Shown here: positions 9,128 to 19,004 of the stretch, piece after piece
Position numbering within the stretch: position 1 is the stretch's first letter
How the letters are laid out: each line of letters opens with the position of its first letter
Origin: an uncultured bacterium
GTDB taxonomy: Bacteria; B130-G9
Reading direction: 5' to 3'
DNA length: 64,000 nucleotides
NCBI GenBank assembly: GCA_965372715.1
Contig: CBDVDH010000009.1
Location: 1 to 64,000 of the forward strand
Notes under the pieces: model-generated
Told to the model about the DNA's origin: nothing
The model's database searches: none
Seen by the model: only the letters and a program-made list of their open reading frames with translations
Translations under genes and position numbers: made by a program

Positions 9128-9992
9128 CTTCGATTCCCTCGCTCTGATCTTGGCCGTTGCCCTTGCGTTGTCGCAAACCGCTCACCAGTTTCGCATTATT
9201 AGCACAAGGCCCCTCGTCAAGCAACTGCGTCAGAATCTCATCGACCGATTCGCATGATGCCCGGGTTTCGACGCATGGCCCATTCGGCCTTTCATTTATT
9301 ATGGAAACTACCGGTGTCGGATGTGTGTCAGCGATACCGGACGAAAGCTCTCGCTCACAGGCAATCGCTATGACGACCTTTGGCTTTTTCGCTCTGACCA
9401 ATTCTCTTGCGAGCGTCCCCCCGGGAACTACCCACGCATCAACGCGGTGTTTGTCGAAAATATCTAGAAGTCGCGCGAAGTCGCATTTGCCGCACCTTTC
9501 GCAGTTGTTGATGTTGTTGGTCAGTCTGTGGTTGCAGTCTGAGGCTTGCAGGCACTGCGGCAGCAGGACAAGGACCTCCTGGGGCCTGAGTGAGAAACGA
9601 TTGCTCATCGTCAGTTTGTTGTTTATTTCAACGAAAGATGACATCAGTCTGCCTCTGGAAACGCCAAGCGCCCGTCCAATCAGAATTGCGACTGGAACCA
9701 GGAATCTGATGGTGACGTTTCGCAGCACTCGGGATAGTATAGTTGGGTCCTGCGGCCTCGCTGCTGCAACAGACCAAACTCCCGTCAAGAGAAAGGCGAA
9801 CGCGGCGAGGGCCAGAGTATAACAGAATAGAGGAAGCGAGGTGTTCACTCTCAGAAGGAGCGGCCTAAAAGCCGTGATGGCGCCGAAGATCACGCCGCCG
9901 AAAACAACGCCGGCGGCCCATAGCATGCCCGCACAAAGGCGAGTTCCGGCCTTGGGTTTGCTAGAGGAATCTGTTCCCACGTCCACGCTCAA
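9117..9992 (-). CDS. DUF116 family membrane-anchored Cys-rich protein
   Basis: LLPQCLQ...C, C.RCGKC, VPGGTLAR, AIACERELSSG, NERPNGPC; N-terminal TMs. Confidence 0.8.
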   Translation of the reverse strand: MSVDVGTDSSSKPKAGTRLCAGMLWAAGVVFGGVIFGAITAFRPLLLRVNTSLPLFCYTLALAAFAFLLTGVWSVAAARPQDPTILSRVLRNVTIRFLVPVAILIGRALGVSRGRLMSSFVEINNKLTMSNRFSLRPQEVLVLLPQCLQASDCNHRLTNNINNCERCGKCDFARLLDIFDKHRVDAWVVPGGTLARELVRAKKPKVVIAIACERELSSGIADTHPTPVVSIINERPNGPCVETRASCESVDEILTQLLDEGPCANNAKLVSGLRQRKGNGQDQSEGIEVAN

Positions 9993-10036
9993 GTTCTACC
10001 TTTCTCTTAATTACCAACCCGAAAATAGCCCAGACA

Positions 10037-10993
10037 ATGATCGCAGTCAAACAAACATCGAATCGAAATGGACCATCCTCGACCTTGAACGCTGAGCGGC
10101 AAACGCACCCGAAGGTCTCCGTGGTCATTGTGAACTACAACACGGGGGACTACCTTCGCCGATGCGTCAAGTCGGTACTCGCGCATCGAGATGACGTCGA
10201 GATTGTCGTTTGGGACAACGCCTCCAGCGATGACAGCCTGATCCTTCATGCGGACATTCTCGACAGGATCCGCTTGATTCGGAGCGAGCGGAATCTGGGC
10301 TTCTCCAGGGCCGTCAACGCAGCCATCCGCAAGTGTTCTGGAGTGTACGTCCTACTCCTGAATCCGGACGCTGAGGCGCGATCGGACCTCATCTCGCCGC
10401 TTGTTGCTTTTCTTGAGCAACGAGGCGGGAATGGCGTCGTCGGTGGAAAGGTCCTCAACCCTGATGGCACTTTGGAAAGGGCCTGTGTGAGGGCGATACC
10501 AACCCCTTGGTCCGCCTTTTTGCGGCTAAGTGGTATTTCATTGCTCTTCCCCAATTCGCGCCGTCTGTCGCGATACAATCTGCCTCAGTGCAACGACGAC
10601 AGGCCTCGCAAGGTCGGCGCGGTATCGGGAAGTTTCTGCATGTTCTCAAGAAAGGTGGGCGAAGAGATCGGATTCGATGAGAGGTTTTTTCTGTTTGGGG
10701 AGGACCTCGACTTCTGTCTTCGCGCCGCAGAAGCGGGGCACCCCGTCTGGTTCGTGCCGTCCGCGTCGGTCGTTCACCGCAAAGGTGTCTCCATGCGACG
10801 GCGCCCGGTCGCCTCGGTTTTTCACTTCCACAATTCGATGTTTCAGTTTTACAGGAAGCACTTGAGCCGGAGGCATTCACTTGCGTTCGGGATTATGGTA
10901 TTCATTGGAGTATGGGCACTCGCATTCCCCAAAATGATCGCTCGTCTCGCGGTATTCCCAGTGCGTTGGGTAGCCGAGGCACTGGAAGCTTGA
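10037..10993 (+). CDS. Glycosyltransferase family 2 (WbbL/rhamnosyltransferase-like)
   Basis: VSVVIVNYN, DNASSD, NLGFSRAVN, LLNPD, FDERFFLFGEDLD. The true start may be downstream. Confidence 0.92.
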   Translation: MIAVKQTSNRNGPSSTLNAERQTHPKVSVVIVNYNTGDYLRRCVKSVLAHRDDVEIVVWDNASSDDSLILHADILDRIRLIRSERNLGFSRAVNAAIRKCSGVYVLLLNPDAEARSDLISPLVAFLEQRGGNGVVGGKVLNPDGTLERACVRAIPTPWSAFLRLSGISLLFPNSRRLSRYNLPQCNDDRPRKVGAVSGSFCMFSRKVGEEIGFDERFFLFGEDLDFCLRAAEAGHPVWFVPSASVVHRKGVSMRRRPVASVFHFHNSMFQFYRKHLSRRHSLAFGIMVFIGVWALAFPKMIARLAVFPVRWVAEALEA

Positions 10994-12426
10994 GGACGGA
11001 GGCGCCTTCAGCCAGAAGGGCTCTGGGCGTCAGGCGCTCGACCCGAATAGCTTCTGAGCAACTCCTCTTGCTGATTGGGGATGTCACAATCGCGCTTATC
11101 ACGTATCTTGGCGCGTTTTGGCTCCGCACGAACTTCGCTTTCTTTATGTTTGAAGACGTGATGCCGCCGCATCGCATTTACGACGTGGGCCACTACGTGT
11201 GGCTCCTCATCCCCGGCCAGCTCGTCATCTTCTATTTCTTCGGTCTTTATGAACCGCTTGACGCCTTCCAGGTCAGAATGCGGGTGCGGCCGATTGTGAG
11301 TGCAATTACGCTTGAGACCATTCTTCTCGCCGCCTTCTATTTCTTTGCGGGTGATGTCCCGTTTCCCAGATCGATCTTCCCGGTCTTCTGGCTTCTCAAT
11401 TGCATCTTCATAGGTGTTTTCAGAGCCGTATCGTTCTCAATGTTCGTGAAGGGCAGGCCAAAGAAAAAGGCCATCGTAGTCGGCACATCGACCGTCGCCA
11501 GAACACTTCTCGAACGACTGAGCGAAGACCGCACAATGCGCCTCGAAGTTGTCGGCGTCGTGCACGCCCCAACTGAGCAGAATAACGAGCCCGCAATCTG
11601 CGGCTTTCCTGTCCTGGGTGATGTCTCGCGCGTGCCCGAAATCGTGAGGCAGATGTCCGTGGACGAAATCCTCATCGCCTCGCCAAACTGCTGGCAGCAG
11701 GAATTCCTGCCGGAGCTCCTTTACGGGTCCCAACACGCCCACGTGTCCATAATCCCATCCGACTATGAAGTCCTCATTGGGCGATTGCAGGACTTCAGAA
11801 TCTTGGACGTTCCGCTTATTGAGATTGAATCGACGCTGAAGCCAGCCTTTCAGCTAGCGATCAAGCGCGCGATTGATTCGTTTTCGTCGCTCGTTTTTTT
11901 CCTCGTGGGTTTACCCCTCTTCGCGGTCATTGGACTCGCCATAAAGCTGACGTCCAAGGGCCCGGTCTTCTACAAACAGGACCGAATAGGCAAGGACGGA
12001 GAGCCTTTTAGGATAATTAAATTCAGAACGATGACCCGCGACGCGGAGCGCGCGACCGGGCCTGTTATCTCGACGAGCGACGACGATCGCATCACCCCGG
12101 TTGGGCGGTTCTTAAGGAAGACTCGCCTGGACGAGCTTCCTCAGTTGCTGAACATCATCAAAGGTGAGATGAGCTTCGTTGGCCCCAGGCCGGAAAGGCC
12201 CGTTTTTGTCGAGGAATACAGTCGGCGGATACCCGGCTATTCGCAGCGATTCGCCGTTCTTCCGGGCATAACCGGGCTGGCCCAAATACACGGCAACTAC
12301 GCGACGATTCCCGATATCAAGATCAAGTACGACCTCGGCTACATTCAGAACTTCTCGGTCTGGCTCGACCTCTTCATCATTTTGGAGACGTTGAAGGTCA
12401 TAGTAACTGGAGACGGCTCCCGCTGA
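10990..12426 (+). CDS. Polyprenyl-phosphate sugar-1-phosphate transferase (WcaJ/WbaP family)
   Basis: N-terminal TMs, CoA-binding-like domain, KFRTM, RITPVGRFLRKTRLDELPQL, GEMSFVGPRPE, PGITGLAQ. Start placed at the TTG overlapping the upstream stop. Confidence 0.93.
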   Translation: MRTEAPSARRALGVRRSTRIASEQLLLLIGDVTIALITYLGAFWLRTNFAFFMFEDVMPPHRIYDVGHYVWLLIPGQLVIFYFFGLYEPLDAFQVRMRVRPIVSAITLETILLAAFYFFAGDVPFPRSIFPVFWLLNCIFIGVFRAVSFSMFVKGRPKKKAIVVGTSTVARTLLERLSEDRTMRLEVVGVVHAPTEQNNEPAICGFPVLGDVSRVPEIVRQMSVDEILIASPNCWQQEFLPELLYGSQHAHVSIIPSDYEVLIGRLQDFRILDVPLIEIESTLKPAFQLAIKRAIDSFSSLVFFLVGLPLFAVIGLAIKLTSKGPVFYKQDRIGKDGEPFRIIKFRTMTRDAERATGPVISTSDDDRITPVGRFLRKTRLDELPQLLNIIKGEMSFVGPRPERPVFVEEYSRRIPGYSQRFAVLPGITGLAQIHGNYATIPDIKIKYDLGYIQNFSVWLDLFIILETLKVIVTGDGSR

Positions 12427-12564
12427 CCTCATAGCGCGTCCCGGCGCCCTGCCCGTCCCCGTGTGATTAACGTCCTAATCTGCGCCCATGCAATTGCCTC
12501 GATCCTCAAGGGCCAGAGACGAGACTTCTAACCGGAATAATTCAAGGCCGTGACTCTCGTCTGT

Positions 12565-12672
12565 GTGTGGCAGGCTTTCCAGCCTGCCAAAGTCAGGGCC
12601 TGGCGCGAGAGACTGTTCCATGTGAGGAATACGGCAATCAGTACAGAAGGCAGCCTCGGAAAGCCGCCCCAC
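12565..12672. repeat. REP doublet of the GGCAGGCTTTCCAGCCTGCC family
   Basis: GTGTGGCAGGCTTTCCAGCCTGCCA at 12565-12589 and degenerate inverted copy GGCAGCCTCGGAAAGCCGCCCCAC at 12649-12672. Confidence 0.8.
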
Positions 12673-12707
12673 ATCTCATCGCATCCGCAGTTTCTGAATA
12701 ATGCTGG

Positions 12708-15182
12708 CTAGCCGACGGCGATGGAGACGATGCGGCCTTTGACGTAGCGCTGGCTCTTGATGGCCTTGCCGTCGGTGTGCTTCCTGATGTTTTTGTCGCA
12801 GATCGCCAGCTGGAGTATCTCCTCCTCTGAGATGTCGCTTTCGACCTCCAGCCTCGCCCGGACCTTGCCGTTCACCTGGACGGGCACTGCGATCATCCTC
12901 GCCTTCGTCAGCGCCTCGTCAAACTCCGGGAACTTCGCGTCGAAGATGCTCTCCGTGTGGCCAAGCCGCTCCCAGAGCTCCTCGGATAGATGAGGCGCGA
13001 GGGGGGCGAGGAGGAGGATGAACGTCTCGATAGCCTCGCGGTTCCTGTAAGCGTCAGACTTCGCAAGCGAGGTCTGAAGCTCCATCAGCGCGGCAAGGGC
13101 GGTGTTGAAATGGTAGTGCTCGAGGTCGCGGCGGACGCGCTTGATCGAGGTATGCATCACATGCAGCGTATCGTCGTCTAGCGTCTGCCCCTTTTGGCTC
13201 TGTTTTGAGGCCTCGATATGCTTTTGGACGAGATTCCAGACCCTCAGTAGGAACCTCGAGATACCGACCAGGCCGCCTTCCGACCACTCGCCGCCCTCGC
13301 GGAACGGCCCCATGAAAAAGAGCGAGAGTCGCAGGACGTCCGAGCCGTGCTGCTCAATCGAGTCGTCGGGATTGACGATATTGCCGGCCGACTTGCTCAT
13401 CCGCTTTCCGCCGAGTGTTATCGTGCCCTGGTGGCGGAGTCGCAGCGCGGGCTCGTCGAAATGCAGGTAGCCCAGGTCATAAAGAACCTTCGTTATGAAT
13501 CTGAAGTAGAGCAGGTGGCCGACCGTGTGCTCTGGCCCGCCGGTGTATTGATCGACGGGCAGCCAGCGCCTCGTGAGTGCGGGATCGAACGGGGCCTCGT
13601 CGTCGTGCGCCGACGGGTAACGCAGATGATACCAGGCTGAACAGACGAATGTGTCCATGGTGTCGGGCTCCCGTCTGGCCGGGCCATGGCACTTGGGGCA
13701 AAGCGTGTTGATGAATTCCGGCGATCGATTAAGAGGCGACCTGCCGGAGCCGTCGGGCTCGAAGTTGGCTACTTCGGGCAGCTGCACAGGCAAGTCGCTT
13801 TCGGGAACCGGAACATCGCCGCATTTATCGCAGTAGATGACCGGTATCGGCGCGCCCCAGTAGCGCTGCCGCGAGATGAGCCAGTCCCGCATCTTGTATT
13901 GGACCTTGAACTCGCCAAGCCCTCTCGACGCTAGGTCATCGACAATAGCTTTTTTGAACTCGCTCGAGGTCATGGCATCGTACTTGCCGGAGTTGATCAT
14001 CGTTCCCTCGCCGGTGTATGCCTCGAAAAGCGCCTGCCCAGCCGTCGGGCCGGGAGCGAGAACAACCTCTCGAATCGGGAGCTCAAACCTCGTCGCGAAC
14101 TCGAAATCGCGAGTGTCGTGCGCCGGGACACTCATCACGGCGCCTGAGCCGTAGGTCGCTAGCACGTAATCGGCGGTCCAGATCGGTATCTTCTCGCCAT
14201 TGACGGGATTTATGGCGAACGTGCCCAGAAAGACCCCGGTCTTCTCCTTGTCTAGATGAACTCGCTCCAGCTCGCTCTTCCTCGCCGCCTGCTTGATATA
14301 CTCCTCGACCTGGCACCTGCGCTCAGGGGTCGTGAGTTTTTGCACATCCGGGTGCTCCGGGGCCAGGACCATATACGTCGCGCCGAAGAGCGTGTCCGGC
14401 CTCGTCGTGAAGACACTTATCTTGACATCGCTCTCAACCACCTGGAAGACGACGTCCGCGCCCTGGCTCCTTCCAATCCAGTTGCGCTGCACCAGCCTCG
14501 CCGTCTCCGGCCAGTCAACGTTGTCAAGGTCATCTATCAGCCGCTCGGCATAATCGGTTATCCTGAAGAACCATTGGAGCATATTGCGCTTTACGACTGG
14601 CGAGCCGCATCGCTCGCATTGAGCCGCCACAACCTGCTCGTTCGCCAGGACGGTGAGGCACGAATCGCACCAGTTGACGGGCGCCTGTTTCCTGTACGCG
14701 AGCCCATTCTTATAGAGCTGTAAAAAGAGCCACTGCGTCCAGCGGTAGTATTCAGGGCTGGATGTGTTGATCTCCTTCGTCCAATCGAACATCGCCCCAA
14801 GCGTGCGGAGCTGCCTCTTGATGAACTCTACGTTGTCTCGCGTTGAGACAGCGGGATGCACGTTGTGCTTGATGGCGTAGTTTTCTGCTGGAAGCCCAAA
14901 AGCGTCATAGCCCATCGGCTGGAACACGTTGAAGCCGCACATGCGCTTGAACCGCCCGTAGGTGTCGCAACCGGAGTAGCAGTAGGCGTGGCCCATGTGC
15001 ATCTTCGCGCCCGACGGGTATATGAACATCGTCAGATTGTAGAACTTCGGCTGCTCGGAGTTCAGGTCGGTCTCATAGAGGCCCGACTCCTCCCATCGAG
15101 CACGCCACTTCTTCTCGATTTCTACTTGGTTGTATCTGTTATCACTCACACCATCATCCGCTGTCTTGCTGGTAATGGGCAT
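12708..15182 (-). CDS. leuS: Leucine--tRNA ligase
   Basis: HMGH and RMSKS class I motifs, DAFGLPAEN, FTTRPDT editing domain, DWLISRQRYWG. Start could be GTG 15149. Confidence 0.98.
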   Translation of the reverse strand: MPITSKTADDGVSDNRYNQVEIEKKWRARWEESGLYETDLNSEQPKFYNLTMFIYPSGAKMHMGHAYCYSGCDTYGRFKRMCGFNVFQPMGYDAFGLPAENYAIKHNVHPAVSTRDNVEFIKRQLRTLGAMFDWTKEINTSSPEYYRWTQWLFLQLYKNGLAYRKQAPVNWCDSCLTVLANEQVVAAQCERCGSPVVKRNMLQWFFRITDYAERLIDDLDNVDWPETARLVQRNWIGRSQGADVVFQVVESDVKISVFTTRPDTLFGATYMVLAPEHPDVQKLTTPERRCQVEEYIKQAARKSELERVHLDKEKTGVFLGTFAINPVNGEKIPIWTADYVLATYGSGAVMSVPAHDTRDFEFATRFELPIREVVLAPGPTAGQALFEAYTGEGTMINSGKYDAMTSSEFKKAIVDDLASRGLGEFKVQYKMRDWLISRQRYWGAPIPVIYCDKCGDVPVPESDLPVQLPEVANFEPDGSGRSPLNRSPEFINTLCPKCHGPARREPDTMDTFVCSAWYHLRYPSAHDDEAPFDPALTRRWLPVDQYTGGPEHTVGHLLYFRFITKVLYDLGYLHFDEPALRLRHQGTITLGGKRMSKSAGNIVNPDDSIEQHGSDVLRLSLFFMGPFREGGEWSEGGLVGISRFLLRVWNLVQKHIEASKQSQKGQTLDDDTLHVMHTSIKRVRRDLEHYHFNTALAALMELQTSLAKSDAYRNREAIETFILLLAPLAPHLSEELWERLGHTESIFDAKFPEFDEALTKARMIAVPVQVNGKVRARLEVESDISEEEILQLAICDKNIRKHTDGKAIKSQRYVKGRIVSIAVG

Positions 15183-15278
15183 CTAAAGCTTCGTAGTGAC
15201 GGGGCAAGCACCGCCACTACACAGCCTTCTCTTCGCATTTATGTCTCTGCCTCCTGGGCCTGCACAGCAAATCGGCGC

Positions 15279-16373
15279 CTATCCTATCAAGGCGTCAGCA
15301 AACGCCTGAGGGTCGAACTCAACCAGGTCATCGACCTTCTCCCCAGTCCCAAGGAACAATATCGGTAATGAGAGCTCGTCCGCAATTGTAACTACAACAC
15401 CGCCTTTGGCGGTTCCGTCGATCTTCGCCAAGACGATGCCGGTGATACCCTCAAGCCACTCATCGAACTGCTTGGCCTGAGCGACCGCATTCTGGCCCGA
15501 CGTGGCGTCCAGGATGAGCAGCGTCTCATGAGGCGCGCCTTCAGCGTTGGCCGCAGCGACCCGACTGATCTTAGCCAGCTCCGCCATGAGATTTCTCTTA
15601 GTATGAAGCCGCCCGGCAGTATCAATTATGACTATGTCCTCTCGCCGGGATTTCGCCGCCGCGATGCCATCGAAAACCACTGCGGCCGGACTTGAGCCCT
15701 CCTTGTGCGCTATGACATCGGCCCCAACCCGCTCGCCCCAGATGCTCAGCTGCTCGATGGCCGCCGCCCGGAACGTGTCCGCCGCGACGAGTATCGGCGC
15801 TATCCCCATCTGCTTGTAGCGCCACGCAAGCTTCGCTATCGTCGTCGTCTTGCCGGTCCCGTTGACGCCCACTATCAGCGAGACGTAAGGTCGCTGCGAG
15901 GTGTCCAATATCGAAGGCGGACGCTTAGACTCGCCGGACGAAAGTATCTCGATTATCGCCTGCTTCACCGAGTTCTTGACCACATCCGGCTTCGACAGCT
16001 CACGCCGCTTCAGGTCCTCGCTCACCGTGGATACGATCTTCTCGACCGTGTCAACGCCGACGTCGGCCAAGATCAGCGCCTCCTCCAGTTCCGCAAAGAG
16101 CGCGGGCGACATCCGCTTGGCGCCAAGAAATATCCGGCCCAGGCTAGTCGAAAGCCTCTCTCGCGTCTTGAAGAGGCCATTCGCCCAGCGGCTGCGCACC
16201 GCCTCATTACGCTCTGAACGTTCTTCTTGGCGAGATTCGCTTACCGCCAGGCAGTTGTCGGCCGCGGTTTGCGTCACGACTTTCTCGCCGCTGACCACCT
16301 GCTCGGCAGCCTCTTTCGCAACTACCTTGCCGTTGTCCTTAGGTTTCTTTGACCCGAATCCGAGAATCCGCAC
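15279..16373 (-). CDS. ftsY: SRP receptor FtsY
   Basis: GVNGTGKTTTIAKLA, DTFRAAA, DTAGR, K.DGTAKGG. Confidence 0.98.
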   Translation of the reverse strand: MRILGFGSKKPKDNGKVVAKEAAEQVVSGEKVVTQTAADNCLAVSESRQEERSERNEAVRSRWANGLFKTRERLSTSLGRIFLGAKRMSPALFAELEEALILADVGVDTVEKIVSTVSEDLKRRELSKPDVVKNSVKQAIIEILSSGESKRPPSILDTSQRPYVSLIVGVNGTGKTTTIAKLAWRYKQMGIAPILVAADTFRAAAIEQLSIWGERVGADVIAHKEGSSPAAVVFDGIAAAKSRREDIVIIDTAGRLHTKRNLMAELAKISRVAAANAEGAPHETLLILDATSGQNAVAQAKQFDEWLEGITGIVLAKIDGTAKGGVVVTIADELSLPILFLGTGEKVDDLVEFDPQAFADALIG

Positions 16374-16477
16374 TTACTCCAAATACCTCGTCAATTCAGT
16401 CTAGAACGGAATTGCTCCCATCCGCTACTCTCAATCCAATTAGACGTCGCGGCGGGACCTGGCGATCAACTTGGAAC

Positions 16478-16915
16478 GGGCGGGTCTGAGACCTAACAAT
16501 TATACGCATATTCTGGGTGGTGTGTTTATCTGAATCACCGCGTTTCAACGCGGTGATATAGATGGTTCTCATTATCATAACACCCGACTTCAGTCGGGTG
16601 GCCTGAGGACGCCGAGACCCCCTCCTCCCTCCAAAGAACCCCGTCCCGAAAAGGATCGAAGGAGGGCGGCAGCCGCCGACGCCGGCCCCCGAATGAATTC
16701 GGAGGTTAGAACAATTGTAACCCTTTGCATCGCCACCGCTTGCGCCGGGCGATGGTGCGCCGGATGCGTGCTGTGACCGACAACTCCATATCACTATATT
16801 GCGTATGCTATTACTGCCATTATTTCCCATCGGAGAATCCCACTAGTGGGGACCTGTAAACAGTCCTCACAAACCAAAATATGCGTCTGGTTGTTAGGTC
16901 TGAGACCGCGCGCCC
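16478..16915. repeat. ~440-bp nested palindromic element (MITE-like or REP cluster)
   Basis: Imperfect ~45-bp inverted arms (16478-16524 and 16868-16915) enclosing hairpins at 16534-16557, 16578-16600 and 16686-16708. Confidence 0.65.
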
Positions 16916-16943
16916 ACACAACACCGCCAGCTGGCGCAGACAA

Positions 16944-16970
16944 TGGCAGGCTGGAAAGCCTGCCCCACAC
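16944..16970 (-). repeat. REP of the GGCAGGCTTTCCAGCCTGCC family, followed by degenerate heptamers
   Basis: Reverse complement reads GTGTGGGGCAGGCTTTCCAGCCTGCCA; aaccgct-aaccgcc-aactgcc follows. Confidence 0.85.
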
Positions 16971-16998
16971 TGCGAACCGCTAACCGCCAACTGCCGAC

Positions 16999-17895
16999 CT
17001 ATGGCCTGCCATTCGGCGTGTCCCCGTCCTGGGACCGCCGAAGACTCCGATTGGATACAGCACACAACGAATCCCTTGCCACACCGACTATGCCCGCCGT
17101 TACGTCACACTTAGCCTTAAAAAGGAAATAGATGTTCGCGTCCTTAACGTCGTCCAGGGTCTCGAAGTTGGCCTGACCCTTGCTAATGATCAGGTCAGCG
17201 TCGCCAAACGCCTTTCTGAACTCCTCTGAGCACATCTCAAGGATGGTCCCGACACAGTCGCTCCCGTTCTCAATGAGCTCCGCGTCCAAAGGGAGTCCTG
17301 AGGCCCGCGCGTCTTCCATCGTCGCGTCGTTTATCACAGGAACGCTCTTGACAGCGACCTTGACCTTGCCGAATCTCAGAAGGTATTCAACCAATGGCAC
17401 ATCAAATACCAGTTCGCCGGCATTGTCAGCAAGAAAGAGTATGTTCTCGGCGCCAGTCAAGTCCGATTCAAGCTCCGGCAGCGAAAGGACACCAAATTCC
17501 TCGTGCATGATATTCCCGACGATTGACCCGAGATCGACGTCCGAGTATATCCCAAAATCTATCACGTTGCCGGCCACCGAGGTCCTAATCGCCGCCTCAA
17601 GCGGATTCGGCGCTCGCCGCATGATCGGCAAGAAGCCCGCAATCATCGACAGAGCCAGCTCCGTGCATCGGGTCTTGATCTTCCTGAACGGATCGGCGCC
17701 GTTGAGTTCGGCTCTGATCTTTCTGTATATCTCGGTCGCTATGTGCGCCGGCGTGTCGTCCAACGAGGCGTCCCGAACGGGCCCAAGCGAGAGGTTTATG
17801 AACTTCTTTATCTGACGTGGGTCGTCGCTGATCTGCTTTGCTGCGATCATCGCCTGTCTCAAGAAACACGGGAAGCACTCTAGATGGACTTTCAA
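16999..17895 (-). CDS. DUF89/ARMT1-like damage-control phosphatase
   Basis: MK...EC.PC.LRQ, DPF..IK, AGNVIDFG, DNAGE.VFD, INDAT, SKGQANFETL, KAKC. Confidence 0.9.
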   Translation of the reverse strand: MKVHLECFPCFLRQAMIAAKQISDDPRQIKKFINLSLGPVRDASLDDTPAHIATEIYRKIRAELNGADPFRKIKTRCTELALSMIAGFLPIMRRAPNPLEAAIRTSVAGNVIDFGIYSDVDLGSIVGNIMHEEFGVLSLPELESDLTGAENILFLADNAGELVFDVPLVEYLLRFGKVKVAVKSVPVINDATMEDARASGLPLDAELIENGSDCVGTILEMCSEEFRKAFGDADLIISKGQANFETLDDVKDANIYFLFKAKCDVTAGIVGVARDSLCAVSNRSLRRSQDGDTPNGRP

Positions 17896-19004
17896 GTGGC
17901 GACCTCTTGACTCGCATTGGAATCGCTCAGGGCGGACTTCGTAACTTCGTCCAGTAGTTTGGCCTCTTCGTCCGCCGATAGCGCATGAACAATCTCATCG
18001 AGATCGCCCTGTAGGACCGCGTCAAGCCTGTAAAGCGTGAGGTTGATTCTATGGTCGGACACTCGATTCTGAGGGAAGTTGTAGGTTCTTATGCGCTCGG
18101 AGCGGTCCCCGGAGCCGACCATGGACCTTCTTGCGCTCGCCATCTTCTCCTGCTGCTGCGAAACCGCCATCTCGTAAAGCCTTGCCCGAAGCACACGCAG
18201 CGCCCGCTCCTTGTTGCGGTACTGCGACTTCTCGTCCTGACAAGTAACGACGAGACCCGTCGGGATATGCGTTATACGCACGGCAGAGTCTGTGGTGTTG
18301 ACGCTTTGGCCGCCGGGACCCGTAGAGCGAAACCTATCGACTTTGATGTCGCCCGGATCGATCTTTACTTCGATGTCGTCAGGCTCAGGCATCACAGCGA
18401 CCGTAACGGCTGAGGTGTGGATCCTGCCCGATGATTCGGTCACGGGAACCCTCTGAACCCTGTGCGTCCCGGCCTCGAACTTCAAGCTCTCGTAAGCCTG
18501 CTTGCCGGACACCTCAACCAGCACCTCACGGAAGCCGCCCAGAGCCGTTGGGCTTTGTACCAGGACCTCGGTGCGCAAGCCCTTGCGCTCCGCGAAGCGC
18601 ATATACATCTCCAGAAGGTCCGCGACGAAAAGAGCCGCCTCCCCCCCGCCGGTACCCGCGCGAATCTCTACGATCAGGTCCTTACCCAACATCGGGTCCT
18701 TCGGAAGAAGGAACCGGTGTATCTTGGACTCAAGCGCCGCCTTCTCGGTCTGGAGCTTCTCAATCTCCTGTCGGGCCTCGTCCCTGAGTTCGTCATCCTC
18801 GAGCAACTCGGTCGATTCGGCGATGTCAGTCTCCAGTTGCTTGAGGTTGACGAGGTACTCGACCAGCTCCGACACGCGGGCGTGCTCGACCGCGAGCTCC
18901 TGATACAATGCGCGGTTGGTTAGAACCTCGGGATTGGACATTCTTTGGGCAAGTTTCTCGAGCTTGGCCTTGAGCCCGTCGAGGTCAGAAAGGAGTGGGT
19001 TCAA
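17892..19004 (-). CDS. prfA: Peptide chain release factor 1
   Basis: EIRAGTGG.EA, HRVQRVPVTE (PxT = RF1), GPGGQSVN, RTYNFPQ. Start moved to TTG 19004, overlapping the upstream stop. Confidence 0.97.
   Translation of the reverse strand: MNPLLSDLDGLKAKLEKLAQRMSNPEVLTNRALYQELAVEHARVSELVEYLVNLKQLETDIAESTELLEDDELRDEARQEIEKLQTEKAALESKIHRFLLPKDPMLGKDLIVEIRAGTGGGEAALFVADLLEMYMRFAERKGLRTEVLVQSPTALGGFREVLVEVSGKQAYESLKFEAGTHRVQRVPVTESSGRIHTSAVTVAVMPEPDDIEVKIDPGDIKVDRFRSTGPGGQSVNTTDSAVRITHIPTGLVVTCQDEKSQYRNKERALRVLRARLYEMAVSQQQEKMASARRSMVGSGDRSERIRTYNFPQNRVSDHRINLTLYRLDAVLQGDLDEIVHALSADEEAKLLDEVTKSALSDSNASQEVAT

Noticed and set aside
16396-16830. 144-aa ORF, or an SRP RNA/other ncRNA upstream of ftsY
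   Set aside because: The translation is largely palindrome-derived with no family motif, and I could not find the SRP domain IV, RNase P or tmRNA signatures.
16491-16899. Integron attC-like ACCTAAC...GTTAGGT pair
   Set aside because: The span (~400 bp) is too long for attC, and there is no cassette ORF or integrase.
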